Assembly (NCBI GenBank): GCA_020720945.1
Contig: DYNR01000001.1
Coordinates: 4,268-30,852, forward strand
DNA length: 26,585 nt
From: Chthoniobacter flavus
Lineage (GTDB): Bacteria; Verrucomicrobiota; Verrucomicrobiia; Chthoniobacterales; DYNR01
Reading direction: 5' to 3'
Under the pieces are notes generated by a model. That model worked only from the letters and a program-made list of their open reading frames with translations. It ran no database searches and was not told where the DNA came from. Positions 16,761 through 26,131 of the stretch are shown here, in pieces; within the stretch, counting starts at the first letter, position 1, and each line of letters begins with the position of its first letter. The translations under genes and the position numbers were made by a program.

Positions 16761-17774
16761 TCACAAAGAATCAACCGCGTAGCGCGCCGCACCCAGCAAA
16801 GCCGCCTGGTCGTTCAAAATCACCTTGATCGGCATGGACTCCATCAAGCTTTGCAACCTTCCCTTGCTGTTGAAAGAATGCAAAAAGCCGACACCCTTGA
16901 TGTCATCGAGCATTTTCGTCGGAATCCCGCCACCGAGATACACCCCGCCGAGCGACATGGATTTGAGCGCCATATTCCCCGTCTCGGCACCCAGGCAAGA
17001 AACAAAAATTTCTAGCGTCTCCTTGCACATCCGGCACTTGCCGCTCTTGGCAAACTCCGAAATCACCTTGCCGGGATCGTTTTCCTGCATCGCCTCTTTC
17101 ACCTGCGGAAGCTCCTTGCCCCGCCCGGAATCCCGCAAAAAATTGTAAATGTTGAGGATCCCCATCCCGGAAACAATCCGCTCGACGCTCACATGGCCGT
17201 AGTGCTTTTGCAAATACTCCAGCAAGCCGTTCTCCACTTCCGAGCGCGGCGCAAAATCCGTATGCCCCCCCTCGCACGCCCAAACGAGATGCTTCTTGCC
17301 ATCCCAAAACAACCCCGCTTCACCAAGCCCCGTCCCGGGAGAAACAACGCAGCGGTTGCCCACAGCCTGCGGGTCGCCGTCCTGGATCACCGCAAAATCC
17401 GAAGGGCGCAGCTCGGAAATCCCGTAAGCGTTTGCCGCCAAATCGTTTAGGACTTGCACCGTATGGATTTTTAAGTCGGCGGCAATCTCTGCCGCATCCA
17501 CGCCCCAATTCAAATTGGTCGCCTTCACCCTCCCGTCCTTGACTGGTCCCGGAACCCCGAACCCCGCGCACGCCAAATGCACGGGCTCGTCGCCCAAAAA
17601 TTCGCGGATGATCGCGTTCAAGCTCGGGTAGGCCCCGCTCGAATACCGCTCGTTCCGCTCGATGAGCAAATCTTCGTGGCCCTTCTCCACCACGGCGCGG
17701 AGGATAGCGAGGTTGGTTTTAGTCCCGCCGATGTCGCCGGCGAGGATACGGATTCCGTTAGGTAGAGATCGCAT
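16761..17774 (-). CDS. glk: Glucokinase
   Basis: LAGDIGGTKTNL, VLNDLAANAYG, PGTGLGEA, EGGH and GGVYLGGGI. Start placed at ATG 17774, overlapping the zwf end by 17 nt. Confidence 0.93.
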   Translation of the reverse strand: MRSLPNGIRILAGDIGGTKTNLAILRAVVEKGHEDLLIERNERYSSGAYPSLNAIIREFLGDEPVHLACAGFGVPGPVKDGRVKATNLNWGVDAAEIAADLKIHTVQVLNDLAANAYGISELRPSDFAVIQDGDPQAVGNRCVVSPGTGLGEAGLFWDGKKHLVWACEGGHTDFAPRSEVENGLLEYLQKHYGHVSVERIVSGMGILNIYNFLRDSGRGKELPQVKEAMQENDPGKVISEFAKSGKCRMCKETLEIFVSCLGAETGNMALKSMSLGGVYLGGGIPTKMLDDIKGVGFLHSFNSKGRLQSLMESMPIKVILNDQAALLGAARYAVDSL

Positions 17775-19314
17775 GAGGTGTCGGTGGTTTGTAGTAGTGC
17801 CATTGGTGCCCTTCTTGGGCGACGAGCCGGTCGGAAGCCTCTGGCCCCCAAGTCCCCGATTCGTAATTCGGAAAATCGCGCGCGGGAAGTGCTCCCCACA
17901 CATCGAGGATGGGATTGCAAATCTGCCAAGAGGTATCGACGCTGTCGTAGCGGTGGAACAAGGACGACTCCCCGATCATGCAATCGTAAAGGAGCGTCTC
18001 ATATCCCGTTGCCGCGTTTTGCTCGCCAAAATCTTTGTAGTTAAAATCGAGGGGCACCCCGACAACTTGGATTTTCGGTCCTGGTTGCTTGGCGTGAATA
18101 TCGAAGGTGATGCCTTCTTCGGGCTGGATATGAAGCACGAGGCGGTTCGGCTTAACTGTTTCTCGCTGAAGGTCTTCCCCAAACAGGCGCAACGGCGTCC
18201 TGCGGAACCCTATGACCACTTGAGTCGCCCTTTGCGCGAGCCTCTTGCCCGACCGCAAATAAAACGGGACATCCGCCCAGCGCCAGTTTTCCACCTTCAG
18301 CTTCATGGAAACAAAAGTCTCCGTGTTGGACTTCGGGTTCACATTCGGCTCGTCCCGATAGGAAACCACTTCCTTGCCGTCGATCATCCCGCCCCCGTAT
18401 TGCCCGCGCACCGTGTTGGCGATCACATCCTCCGGAGTCATTGGGCGAATGGCTTCGAGCACTTTCACTTTTTCGTTGCGGACGCTTTCTCCCGTAATGG
18501 AGCTAGGTGCTTCCATCGCAATGAGCGAAAGCACGGAAAGCATGTGGTTTTGCACCATGTCCCGCAACACCCCGGAATGGTCGTAGTATCCGCCGCGCAG
18601 CTCTACGCCCAACTCTTCGGCGACGGTGATTTGCACATACTCGATGTAACGGCGGTTCCAAGTCGGCTCGAAAATAGAGTTCCCAAAACGGAACACCATG
18701 ATGTTCTGGACGGTCTCTTTTCCCAAGTAATGGTCGATCCGGTAAATCTGGTCTTCGCGCAGGCTTTTCGTGATCTGCGCATTCAACTCCCTCGCGCTGT
18801 CCAAATCGCGCCCGAACGGCTTTTCGATAATGACGCGCCGCCACGCCCCTTGAGGCTCCCGGGTAAGGTTCGCCGCTCCAAGCTGATCGACCACTTTTCC
18901 GAAAAGGGTCGGTGTAATCGCCAAGTAAAACAGGACATTGCCTCCCGGGATTTCCCACGCCTTCCGCACCGCATCGATTTTTTCGGAAAGGCGCGTGAAG
19001 GTGTCCGCCGAATTGAAGTCGCCGCTGGTGTAATAGCAGCGTTTGCAAAATTCCTCCCACTGCGCGAGATCGACGGGACGAGTCGCAAACTCCTTGATGT
19101 CGCGCGTCAGTTGCTCCCGGAAACTCTCGTCCGTCCCCTCCGTGACCGCACACCCGACGACCGCGATATGCTCGGGTAACAAATTGAGTTCCTTGAGGTT
19201 GTAAAGAGCCGGCAAAAGCTTGCGCTTGGTCAAATCGCCAGACGCTCCAAAAATGACGATCACGCAGGGGTCTCCTGGACGCTCGTGACCAGTCAGTGGT
19301 TTGAGGGATGACAT
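17758..19314 (-). CDS. zwf: Glucose-6-phosphate 1-dehydrogenase
   Basis: IFGASGDLTKRKL, IIEKPFG, RIDHYLGKETVQN and RWADVPFYLRSGK. Confidence 0.97.
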   Translation of the reverse strand: MSSLKPLTGHERPGDPCVIVIFGASGDLTKRKLLPALYNLKELNLLPEHIAVVGCAVTEGTDESFREQLTRDIKEFATRPVDLAQWEEFCKRCYYTSGDFNSADTFTRLSEKIDAVRKAWEIPGGNVLFYLAITPTLFGKVVDQLGAANLTREPQGAWRRVIIEKPFGRDLDSARELNAQITKSLREDQIYRIDHYLGKETVQNIMVFRFGNSIFEPTWNRRYIEYVQITVAEELGVELRGGYYDHSGVLRDMVQNHMLSVLSLIAMEAPSSITGESVRNEKVKVLEAIRPMTPEDVIANTVRGQYGGGMIDGKEVVSYRDEPNVNPKSNTETFVSMKLKVENWRWADVPFYLRSGKRLAQRATQVVIGFRRTPLRLFGEDLQRETVKPNRLVLHIQPEEGITFDIHAKQPGPKIQVVGVPLDFNYKDFGEQNAATGYETLLYDCMIGESSLFHRYDSVDTSWQICNPILDVWGALPARDFPNYESGTWGPEASDRLVAQEGHQWHYYKPPTPHAIST

Positions 19315-19390
19315 AACGGCAGGATGCTACGGAGAAAAACCTCCGGAAGCAAGCGGCAAAAATGCTCTCAAAAAATTTTCGCCAACCCCC

Positions 19391-20500
19391 TCACGCCCCG
19401 CTCTCACGAGGGACGAAAAGCGCGGCCAACTCGATTTCTGCCGTCTGCGCAAACATATCGAACAACGCAATTTCCGTGAGCCGGTGCCGCGCCGAAAGCT
19501 TTGCCGCATCGCGGGCAAAAGTGGACGGGTTGCAGCTCACATAAACCAGCGGCGAACAGGTCCGCGCGGCCAGCATCTCGGCAACTTCTGGCGCAAGCCC
19601 CTCTGCGGGAGGATCTAACAAAACAGAAAGCCCCCCTGGCCCTCCTTCCGCTCCCAGCACTTCCCGGAGCCCGTCTGCCGCATCTGCCTCCAAGTATTCC
19701 TCGTTCTCCGCCGCATTCTCCCGCGCCGCCGCAATGGCGGCAACACTCCAGTCAACCCCCACCACCCGACGAAACTTCTCCCGCAACCTCCGAGAAAAAA
19801 AACCGCCGCCACAATAGGCATCGACGAGCAACTCTCCCCCGCCATCAAAAAAACCGCACACCGTTTCGGCGAGCTTCTCGGCCATGAAGTCGTTCGTCTG
19901 CCGAAACCCCGAAGGCCCCGCGTAAGCCCGCAGCGTGCGGTGCCCGTCATAGGGCCTTTTCGCACGGAACTCCGCAAGCTTGCGGTTGACTTCCTCCGAA
20001 GCAATCGCGCACGCCTTGATGTCCACAAGCCCTTTCCCACCCGGACGATGAAACCCCGTCACTCCGTCTTGAATGTGGACGGTAATCCTGTTCCGATACC
20101 CAAACTCCGGGACACACGGCACGACATCCCGCACCGTCACCTCTCCGTCCCCCACCCGCGCAACCCTCCGCAAAAGCGAAAGCACCTGCCGCTTTTTCAA
20201 TTCTAGCTGAAAATCGTAACTTGCGTGCTGATAAGAACATCCACCGCATTTTCCGAAATACTCGCACCGCGGCTCCACCCGTTCCGCGGCTGCGGCGACC
20301 ACCCGCACCAGCTCCGCCCGAACAAAATCTTTTTTCGCCGTCACCACACGCGCGACGACCTTCTCCCCCGGAAGCGTGAACGGGACAAACCAGACCCGCC
20401 CTTCCACCCTGCCTACCCCGTCTCCCCCAAACCCCACATCCGAAATCTCCAGCTCGACCTCTTCCCTCTTCTCCGCCCGTCCCCGTTTTCTTTCTTTCAT
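19391..20500 (-). CDS. TRAM-domain RNA (uracil-5)-methyltransferase, RlmD/TrmA family
   Basis: TRAM N-terminus, CEYFGKCGGC, FRQTN, DAYCGGGFF, LDPP and YVSCNPSTFARD. Confidence 0.88.
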   Translation of the reverse strand: MKERKRGRAEKREEVELEISDVGFGGDGVGRVEGRVWFVPFTLPGEKVVARVVTAKKDFVRAELVRVVAAAAERVEPRCEYFGKCGGCSYQHASYDFQLELKKRQVLSLLRRVARVGDGEVTVRDVVPCVPEFGYRNRITVHIQDGVTGFHRPGGKGLVDIKACAIASEEVNRKLAEFRAKRPYDGHRTLRAYAGPSGFRQTNDFMAEKLAETVCGFFDGGGELLVDAYCGGGFFSRRLREKFRRVVGVDWSVAAIAAARENAAENEEYLEADAADGLREVLGAEGGPGGLSVLLDPPAEGLAPEVAEMLAARTCSPLVYVSCNPSTFARDAAKLSARHRLTEIALFDMFAQTAEIELAALFVPRESGA

Positions 20501-20522
20501 AAAAAATCTTTTCTCCCCCGCA

Positions 20523-21308
20523 TCACATCTCCAAATCGATCCCCACCGGGCAATGGTCGCTCCCCGTCACTTCCGGCCAAAGGAACGCATCCCGCATCCC
20601 CGCCAACACCCCACCCGTCACCAAAAAATAATCGATCCTCCAACCGATGTTTCTCGCCCGCGCCTGCCCCTGGTAACTCCACCAGCTATAATGCCCCCCC
20701 TCGGGGCACCTTTCGCGAAAACTATCCCGGAAACCCGCATCCAGCAACCCGCCAAAACACTTCCGCTCCTCGTCCGTAAATCCCGCATTCCCAACATTTT
20801 CCTTCGGTCGAGCAAGGTCGATCTCCCGGTGCGCCACATTCAGATCCCCGCAAACCACCACCTCGCCCCCGCGTTTTTTCTCCTCCAGCCAACGCAAAAA
20901 CGCGGGCTCCCACTCTTCGGTCCGATACTTCAACCTCCCCAACTCCCGCTGCGAGTTCGGCGTGTAAACATTCACCAGACAGAACCCCGGAAAACGGACG
21001 GAAAGAACTCTCCCCTCCCCATCGTGCTCTTCCTCGCCAATCCCCGCCTCAACCTCCGGCAAACCGACCCTCGAAAAAATCGCCACCCCAGAATAACCGG
21101 GACGCCTCGCAGGGTTCCACGCGACTTGCCACCCCTCGGGCCAAACCGTCCCCGCGACCTGCTCGGGCCGCGCCTTAATTTCTTGGACGCAAACGACATC
21201 CGCTTCGCTCTCCACCAAAAAATCGCAAAAACCCTTTTGCAAAACGGCGCGCAAACCGTTGACATTCCACGACACCAAACGCAAGTGACCGGCGGGCTTG
21301 GGCTTCAT
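20523..21308 (-). CDS. xth: Exodeoxyribonuclease III / AP endonuclease
   Basis: SWNVNGLRA, QEIK, GYSGVA, GDLNVAH, WWSY, GWRIDYF and SDHCP. Confidence 0.95.
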   Translation of the reverse strand: MKPKPAGHLRLVSWNVNGLRAVLQKGFCDFLVESEADVVCVQEIKARPEQVAGTVWPEGWQVAWNPARRPGYSGVAIFSRVGLPEVEAGIGEEEHDGEGRVLSVRFPGFCLVNVYTPNSQRELGRLKYRTEEWEPAFLRWLEEKKRGGEVVVCGDLNVAHREIDLARPKENVGNAGFTDEERKCFGGLLDAGFRDSFRERCPEGGHYSWWSYQGQARARNIGWRIDYFLVTGGVLAGMRDAFLWPEVTGSDHCPVGIDLEM

Positions 21309-22075
21309 TCCTCAAAAGAAAAAACCGCGCGGACCGCATGGTGGTCGGATGCCGCCGTCGGGATGACCTCGCTCTTTTCCAAACGGAAAGACTCGCCATA
21401 AAAAATGTGGTCCACCACATACGGACGCCGCTTCCATGTCGCCTCCCGCGTCTGCGAACTACGGTAGCCAGACTCTTGCATCTGTTTGTCCAACCCCTCT
21501 CCCGGCGCAGAATTAAAATCTCCTCCGAGAAGCGCCGCCCCGCCCAACCCCTTCAGCAAACTCTCCAGGCATTCCCTCTGCTCGGGATGCTCCAGACTGC
21601 TCGAACCAACCATGAAATATGCCTGCAAGTGCGTGTTGACCAACTGGATAACTCGACCGTCCACCACCGTGTTTGCCCGCAGGATGCTCCGCTGCGAAGG
21701 CCTCCGCTTCCTCCCGTCAAACTCGAATTCCAAGTCGCTCGCGGGCAACCTGTGCTCCCCGACCCCGCCCAAAGGCCAGCGGCTCAACACCGCCAAACCC
21801 AGCCCAAACGGCAGCTCGTCGGGGTTCACGGGCGGATAAACAAACGCGGAATCAAAACCGGGAAACCCGTCTTTCAGCACCCCGTAATTCGGTGGCGGAT
21901 AAACCTGCTTCCCCCCGTCGTAACCCCTCTCGACCTCCTGCAAAAAATAAATGTCCGCGTCCAGCGACTTCAAAAACTCCACGCCGGCGGAAAAATCCTG
22001 CTCGGTGCAATCCGGGTCTTCCTCTTTCCAGAGCTGCCCGTTCTGCATATTGAAAGTGACCGCCGTTATTTTCAC
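21305..22075 (-). CDS. Endonuclease/exonuclease/phosphatase (EEP) superfamily protein
   Basis: TFNM, LQEV, NTHL, GGDFNS, DHIF and SDHH. 4-nt overlaps with both ACP and xth. Confidence 0.85.
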   Translation of the reverse strand: MKITAVTFNMQNGQLWKEEDPDCTEQDFSAGVEFLKSLDADIYFLQEVERGYDGGKQVYPPPNYGVLKDGFPGFDSAFVYPPVNPDELPFGLGLAVLSRWPLGGVGEHRLPASDLEFEFDGRKRRPSQRSILRANTVVDGRVIQLVNTHLQAYFMVGSSSLEHPEQRECLESLLKGLGGAALLGGDFNSAPGEGLDKQMQESGYRSSQTREATWKRRPYVVDHIFYGESFRLEKSEVIPTAASDHHAVRAVFSFEE

Positions 22076-22347
22076 TGCGTTTCGCCTTTACCAGAATTTT
22101 CGCGGATATGGGCTGCCAAGCTCTCGACATTCACAAAAGCCTTGCGCGCGACTTCCGCGTTCGGCACCGCAACCCCGAAATTTTTTTCTACCGCGACGGA
22201 TAGCTCCAGCGCATCGATCGAATCTAGCCCCAGCCCCTCGGGCGAAAAAAACGGCGCTTCATCCCCGATGTCTTCAGGAGAAATTTTCAGCATCAGGCTT
22301 TCGGTCAACACTTGCTTGATGCGGGTTTTAAGGTCGGATTCTGTCAT
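22072..22347 (-). CDS. Acyl carrier protein
   Basis: GLGLDSIDALEL phosphopantetheine-attachment motif in a 91-aa acidic protein. Confidence 0.9.
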   Translation of the reverse strand: MTESDLKTRIKQVLTESLMLKISPEDIGDEAPFFSPEGLGLDSIDALELSVAVEKNFGVAVPNAEVARKAFVNVESLAAHIRENSGKGETQ

Positions 22348-22382
22348 GGTAAAAAACGGGAGTTCCCGCTAGTATCCACAAA

Positions 22383-23132
22383 ATGCCCGCTCATAACAAC
22401 CACGAAAAAATCCGGCTCGACCAGCTTCTCGTCGAACGAGGCTTGGCTGAAACGCGAGAAAAAGCCCAGCGCCTGATTTTGGCGGGCGAGGTTTTGGTGG
22501 ACGGGAAACCCGCGCCGAAAGCCGGGACAAAAATACCTGCCGAAACCCCCGTCTCCGTGAAAGCCCAAGAAAAATTCGTCAGCCGTGGCGGGCTGAAACT
22601 GGAAGCCGCCTTGTCGGCCTTCCGCATCGATCCCACCGGGCGCACCTGCATCGACATCGGAGCCTCCACGGGGGGCTTCACCGACTGCCTCCTGCAAAAC
22701 GGTGCCACCCGCATCTACGCCTACGATGTCGGCCACGGCCAACTCCACTGGAAAATCCGCCAGGACCCCCGCGTCGTCGCCGCCGAGGGCATCAACGCCC
22801 GCCACCTCCAGCCTTCCGATTTCCCAGAAACTTTTTCTCTGGCGGTCGCGGATGTCAGTTTTATTTCGTTGACTACCATCCTCCCTCCCGTTTTTGCTTT
22901 GCTGGAAAAAGACGCTGATATGGTCGTGCTGATCAAACCGCAATTCGAATTGTCGAAAGAAAAAATCTCCCGCGGGGGAATCGTGCGGGATGCCGCTCTC
23001 CATGAAGAGGCCACGGAAAAAATTCGCTCGTTCGTCGAATCTTCGCACTTGGCCGACTGGCTCGGCCTAGTCCCTTCCCCCATCCTGGGCGCCAAAGGCA
23101 ACCGCGAATTTTTGGCCCACCTCCGCAAATGA
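22383..23132 (+). CDS. tlyA: TlyA-family rRNA methyltransferase
   Basis: S4 domain RLDQLLV, FVSRGGLKL, DIGASTGGFTD, DVSFISL and LIKPQFE. Confidence 0.93.
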   Translation: MPAHNNHEKIRLDQLLVERGLAETREKAQRLILAGEVLVDGKPAPKAGTKIPAETPVSVKAQEKFVSRGGLKLEAALSAFRIDPTGRTCIDIGASTGGFTDCLLQNGATRIYAYDVGHGQLHWKIRQDPRVVAAEGINARHLQPSDFPETFSLAVADVSFISLTTILPPVFALLEKDADMVVLIKPQFELSKEKISRGGIVRDAALHEEATEKIRSFVESSHLADWLGLVPSPILGAKGNREFLAHLRK

Positions 23133-23989
23133 CCATCGGACTCATAGCCCATGTAGAAAAACCGGGAGCACCCGCCGCCCTCGCCCTCGCCGTTGCTGCC
23201 CTGCGCTCCCGCAACGCCCGCTTTTTGGCAGAAACAAAAACCGCCCATTTGGTCGGCGGCATCGAAGACGGCGGCGACACCGCCACCCTCGCAAAAAAAT
23301 GCGACCTCTTCCTCGTCCTCGGAGGCGACGGCACGATCCTGCGAGTCCTCCACCACCTAGAGGAAACAATCCCGCCCATCTTCGGGGTCAACATCGGCTC
23401 GCTGGGCTTCCTGACCTGCCTGGGCCCGGAAGAAACCGACGCCGCCGTCGCGAGCATCCTCGCCGGAAATTTCCTCCTCAGCCACCGCAAGTTGCTCCTC
23501 GCCACCCTCTTCAAAGAAAACGGAGAAACCTCCCGCTTCGAGGCACTGAACGATGTCGTCGTCAGCCGCGGCGAGCACTCGCAACTCGTAAAGGTCCGCG
23601 TCTTCACCGACGGAGTTCCTTTGACGGACTACCACGCCGACGGCCTGATTGTCGCCACCCCCACGGGTTCCACCGCCTACTCGCTTTCTGCGGGCGGCCC
23701 CATCCTCGTCCCGGAATCCCGTTCGCTGGTCATCACCCCCATTTGCCCCCATGTCCTCACCAACCGCTCCGTCGTCCTCGGCGACCACTCCACCATCGAG
23801 ATGGAACCCGCAGACTCCACCCGCAAACTTTTCCTGACCGTGGACGGCAACCTCTGCGCCGAAATCGCGGGAAACAGCCGCCTCGAAATCCGCAGTTCCC
23901 AACGCTCCCTCCCCCTGGCCATGTTGCCAGGGCGCTCCTTCAGCGAAATCCTCCGACAAAAACTCAAATGGTCTGGCAGTAATATATGA
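23129..23989 (+). CDS. nadK: NAD(+) kinase
   Basis: LGGDGT, GSLGFL, LNDVV and DGLIVATPTGSTAYSLSAGGP. Confidence 0.95.
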   Translation: MTIGLIAHVEKPGAPAALALAVAALRSRNARFLAETKTAHLVGGIEDGGDTATLAKKCDLFLVLGGDGTILRVLHHLEETIPPIFGVNIGSLGFLTCLGPEETDAAVASILAGNFLLSHRKLLLATLFKENGETSRFEALNDVVVSRGEHSQLVKVRVFTDGVPLTDYHADGLIVATPTGSTAYSLSAGGPILVPESRSLVITPICPHVLTNRSVVLGDHSTIEMEPADSTRKLFLTVDGNLCAEIAGNSRLEIRSSQRSLPLAMLPGRSFSEILRQKLKWSGSNI

Positions 23990-24450
23990 CGCTGAAATTT
24001 TCCGAAGTCCTCCACGAAAAACAGGTTTTTTTGCAACTGGAAGCAGCTAGTAAAACCGCCGCCGTCTCCGCCCTTCTCGCCGCTCTCGCCGATGACGAAC
24101 GGGTCTCCTCCCCGCAAGAACTAACGGACGCAGTCATCGGTCGCGACGCCGCTGCTCTCGAAGAAAACGGCATCGGAATCTGCATCGCGCACGGACGCAC
24201 CAACGCCGTCCGCTCCCTTGTCATGGCCGCGGGCAAACTACTCACCCCCATCGTGATCCCAGAAATTTCTTGCCCCCTCTCCCTGATTTTTGTCGCAGGC
24301 ATCCCGTCGGCATTCAGCTCGGATTACCTCCGCTTGGTCGGCGCGATCGCCCGCATTTGCAGCTCCCCTTCCCAAATGGAAAGGCTGCTCGCAACCCGCG
24401 AACCTTCCGAGTTTATCGCCTTCCTCGAAGCCCACACAAACCGTTTTTAG
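23986..24450 (+). CDS. PTS IIA-domain protein (fructose/mannitol/Ntr type)
   Basis: GIGICIAHGR phospho-His region, typical length, ATGA overlap with nadK. Confidence 0.8.
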   Translation: MTLKFSEVLHEKQVFLQLEAASKTAAVSALLAALADDERVSSPQELTDAVIGRDAAALEENGIGICIAHGRTNAVRSLVMAAGKLLTPIVIPEISCPLSLIFVAGIPSAFSSDYLRLVGAIARICSSPSQMERLLATREPSEFIAFLEAHTNRF

Positions 24451-24492
24451 GCTTCCCAAAAACCTGCCCCCCCCGCAAGCCCCACAAGCCCC

Positions 24493-25104
24493 ATGACCCC
24501 GCCCTCAACTCTCCCCCTCGCTGTCGGCATCCTTCTATTCCCTGGGTTCGAACTGCTCGATGCCTACGGCCCGATGGAACTCTTCGGCGCAATGCACGGA
24601 GCATCCCTTTCGACGATCGCAGAAAAAACGGGCATCGTGCAAAGTGCCCAAGGTCCCAAAAGCATCGCAGATTTTTCTTGGGAAACGCCCCCCGCCCTGG
24701 ATGTCTTGCTCGTCCCTGGAGGGCAAGGAACCCGGCGAGAAATCGGCAACCCAAAACTGCTCTCTGCCTTGTGCGCAATGGCCGCGGGTACCCGCATCGT
24801 CGCCAGCGTTTGCACGGGCAGTGCCCTCCTCGCAAAAGCGGGGCTCCTCGACGGAAAACGGGCGACTTCCAACAAACAAGTTTTTGCTTGGGCGCGCAGC
24901 CAAGGCCCCGCCGTCCGCTGGATCGAAAAAGCCCGATGGGTCGAAGACGGAAAATTTTTTACCTCTTCGGGGGTCTCCGCCGGCATGGACATGACGCTCG
25001 CCATCATCGCCCATTTGTCGGGAAAAAACGAAAGCCTCCGCGTCGCCCGTTACGCCGAATATTGCTGGAACGAAAACCCGGACAACGACCCGTTCTCCCC
25101 TTAA
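24493..25104 (+). CDS. DJ-1/PfpI family protein (InhA-like)
   Basis: LDAYGPMELF, LVPGG.GTR, SVCTGS nucleophile Cys and TSSGVSAGMD. Confidence 0.88.
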   Translation: MTPPSTLPLAVGILLFPGFELLDAYGPMELFGAMHGASLSTIAEKTGIVQSAQGPKSIADFSWETPPALDVLLVPGGQGTRREIGNPKLLSALCAMAAGTRIVASVCTGSALLAKAGLLDGKRATSNKQVFAWARSQGPAVRWIEKARWVEDGKFFTSSGVSAGMDMTLAIIAHLSGKNESLRVARYAEYCWNENPDNDPFSP

Positions 25105-25206
25105 TCCGAAAAACAAAATCCCCCCTCCTCTCGTTCCAAAAATTTCCTTCTTGCCAATCCCGCCTTTTCCTGTTTCCTCTATCCCGTTCACCTTTTTCAT
25201 TTACCT

Positions 25207-25485
25207 ATGCCTACAACAACAAAAACTACCCGCAAAGCGAACCCCGCTCTCCTCAAACCCGTCCAACCCGATGCAGAACTCGCCGCAGTCGTCGGCTCTG
25301 ATGCCATCCCCCGTAGCGAGATCATAAAAAAACTCTGGGACTACATCAAAAAGCACAAGCTCCAAGACGAAAAGAACAAGCGCAACATCAACGCCGATGC
25401 CGCCCTCAAACCGATCTTTGGCGGCAAAGACCAAGTCTCGATGTTTGAAATGACCAAACTGGTGAGTGGCCACATCGTAAAGTAA
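25207..25485 (+). CDS. Stand-alone SWIB/MDM2-domain protein
   Basis: PRSEIIKKLWDYIKKHKLQDEKNKRNINADAALKPIFGGKDQVSMFEM. Confidence 0.92.
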   Translation: MPTTTKTTRKANPALLKPVQPDAELAAVVGSDAIPRSEIIKKLWDYIKKHKLQDEKNKRNINADAALKPIFGGKDQVSMFEMTKLVSGHIVK

Positions 25486-25515
25486 CCAGAAGGTTCCAAA
25501 AAAACTTTTCTCGAC

Positions 25516-25550
25516 AACGGCACCTGGCTTTCAGGTGCCGTTTTTTCTTT
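25516..25550 (+). terminator. Intrinsic terminator after the SWIB gene
   Basis: AACGGCACCTG-GCTTT-CAGGTGCCGTT (11-bp stem) running into TTTTCTTT. Confidence 0.85.
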
Positions 25551-25594
25551 CTTCCAAGCACTAGGAAAAAACAAAATCCCGCACCTGCACAACG

Positions 25595-26131
25595 ATGAAA
25601 AACCACTTCGACTCCCTCCGGTTTTGCCCCATTTGCGGATCGCCGGAACTCCTCCCAAACGGCAAATCTTGCAAGCAGTGCAACCGTTGCTCCTACCGCA
25701 CCTTCGATAACCCGGTAGTCGCCGTCGGCGCTTTCATTTTTTCCCCTTCAAAAAAAATCCTCCTCACCCGCCGCGCCATCGAACCCGGCTTCGGAATGTT
25801 GAGCTTGCCGGGCGGATTTGCCGAAGCGGGCGAGTCTCTGGAAACGGCTCTCCGCCGCGAAACTTCCGAAGAGACGGGCATCTCCCTCACCGGCTTGCAC
25901 TACCTCACCTCCGCACCAAACTCCTACAACGAAGGCGGAATCCCCCGCGCCGTTTGCGATGTTTTTTTTACCGCTCACACGACCACGGAAACCGTCCTCC
26001 TCCAAGAATCCGAAGCCAGCGAATGGCTCTGGCTCTCTCTCCCTGAAGTCCGCCTCGAAGAAATCGCATTCCCCACAGTCCGCCTCGCCTTCGCCTGCCT
26101 AAAAGAAAATTTCTCATCCATCTGCCCATGA
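25595..26131 (+). CDS. NUDIX hydrolase with N-terminal zinc ribbon
   Basis: CPICG...CNRC and Nudix box GGFAEAGESLETALRRETSEETG. Confidence 0.9.
   Translation: MKNHFDSLRFCPICGSPELLPNGKSCKQCNRCSYRTFDNPVVAVGAFIFSPSKKILLTRRAIEPGFGMLSLPGGFAEAGESLETALRRETSEETGISLTGLHYLTSAPNSYNEGGIPRAVCDVFFTAHTTTETVLLQESEASEWLWLSLPEVRLEEIAFPTVRLAFACLKENFSSICP

Noticed and set aside
17662-19179. 505-aa + strand ORF and other long antisense ORFs (e.g. 229-1101, 21338-22372)
   Set aside because: They are shadows of well-supported genes on the opposite strand in GC-rich DNA and show no recognisable motifs.
22372-22380. GTATCCACA as a DnaA box / origin
   Set aside because: A single 8/9 match with no box cluster, AT-rich unwinding region or skew inversion.
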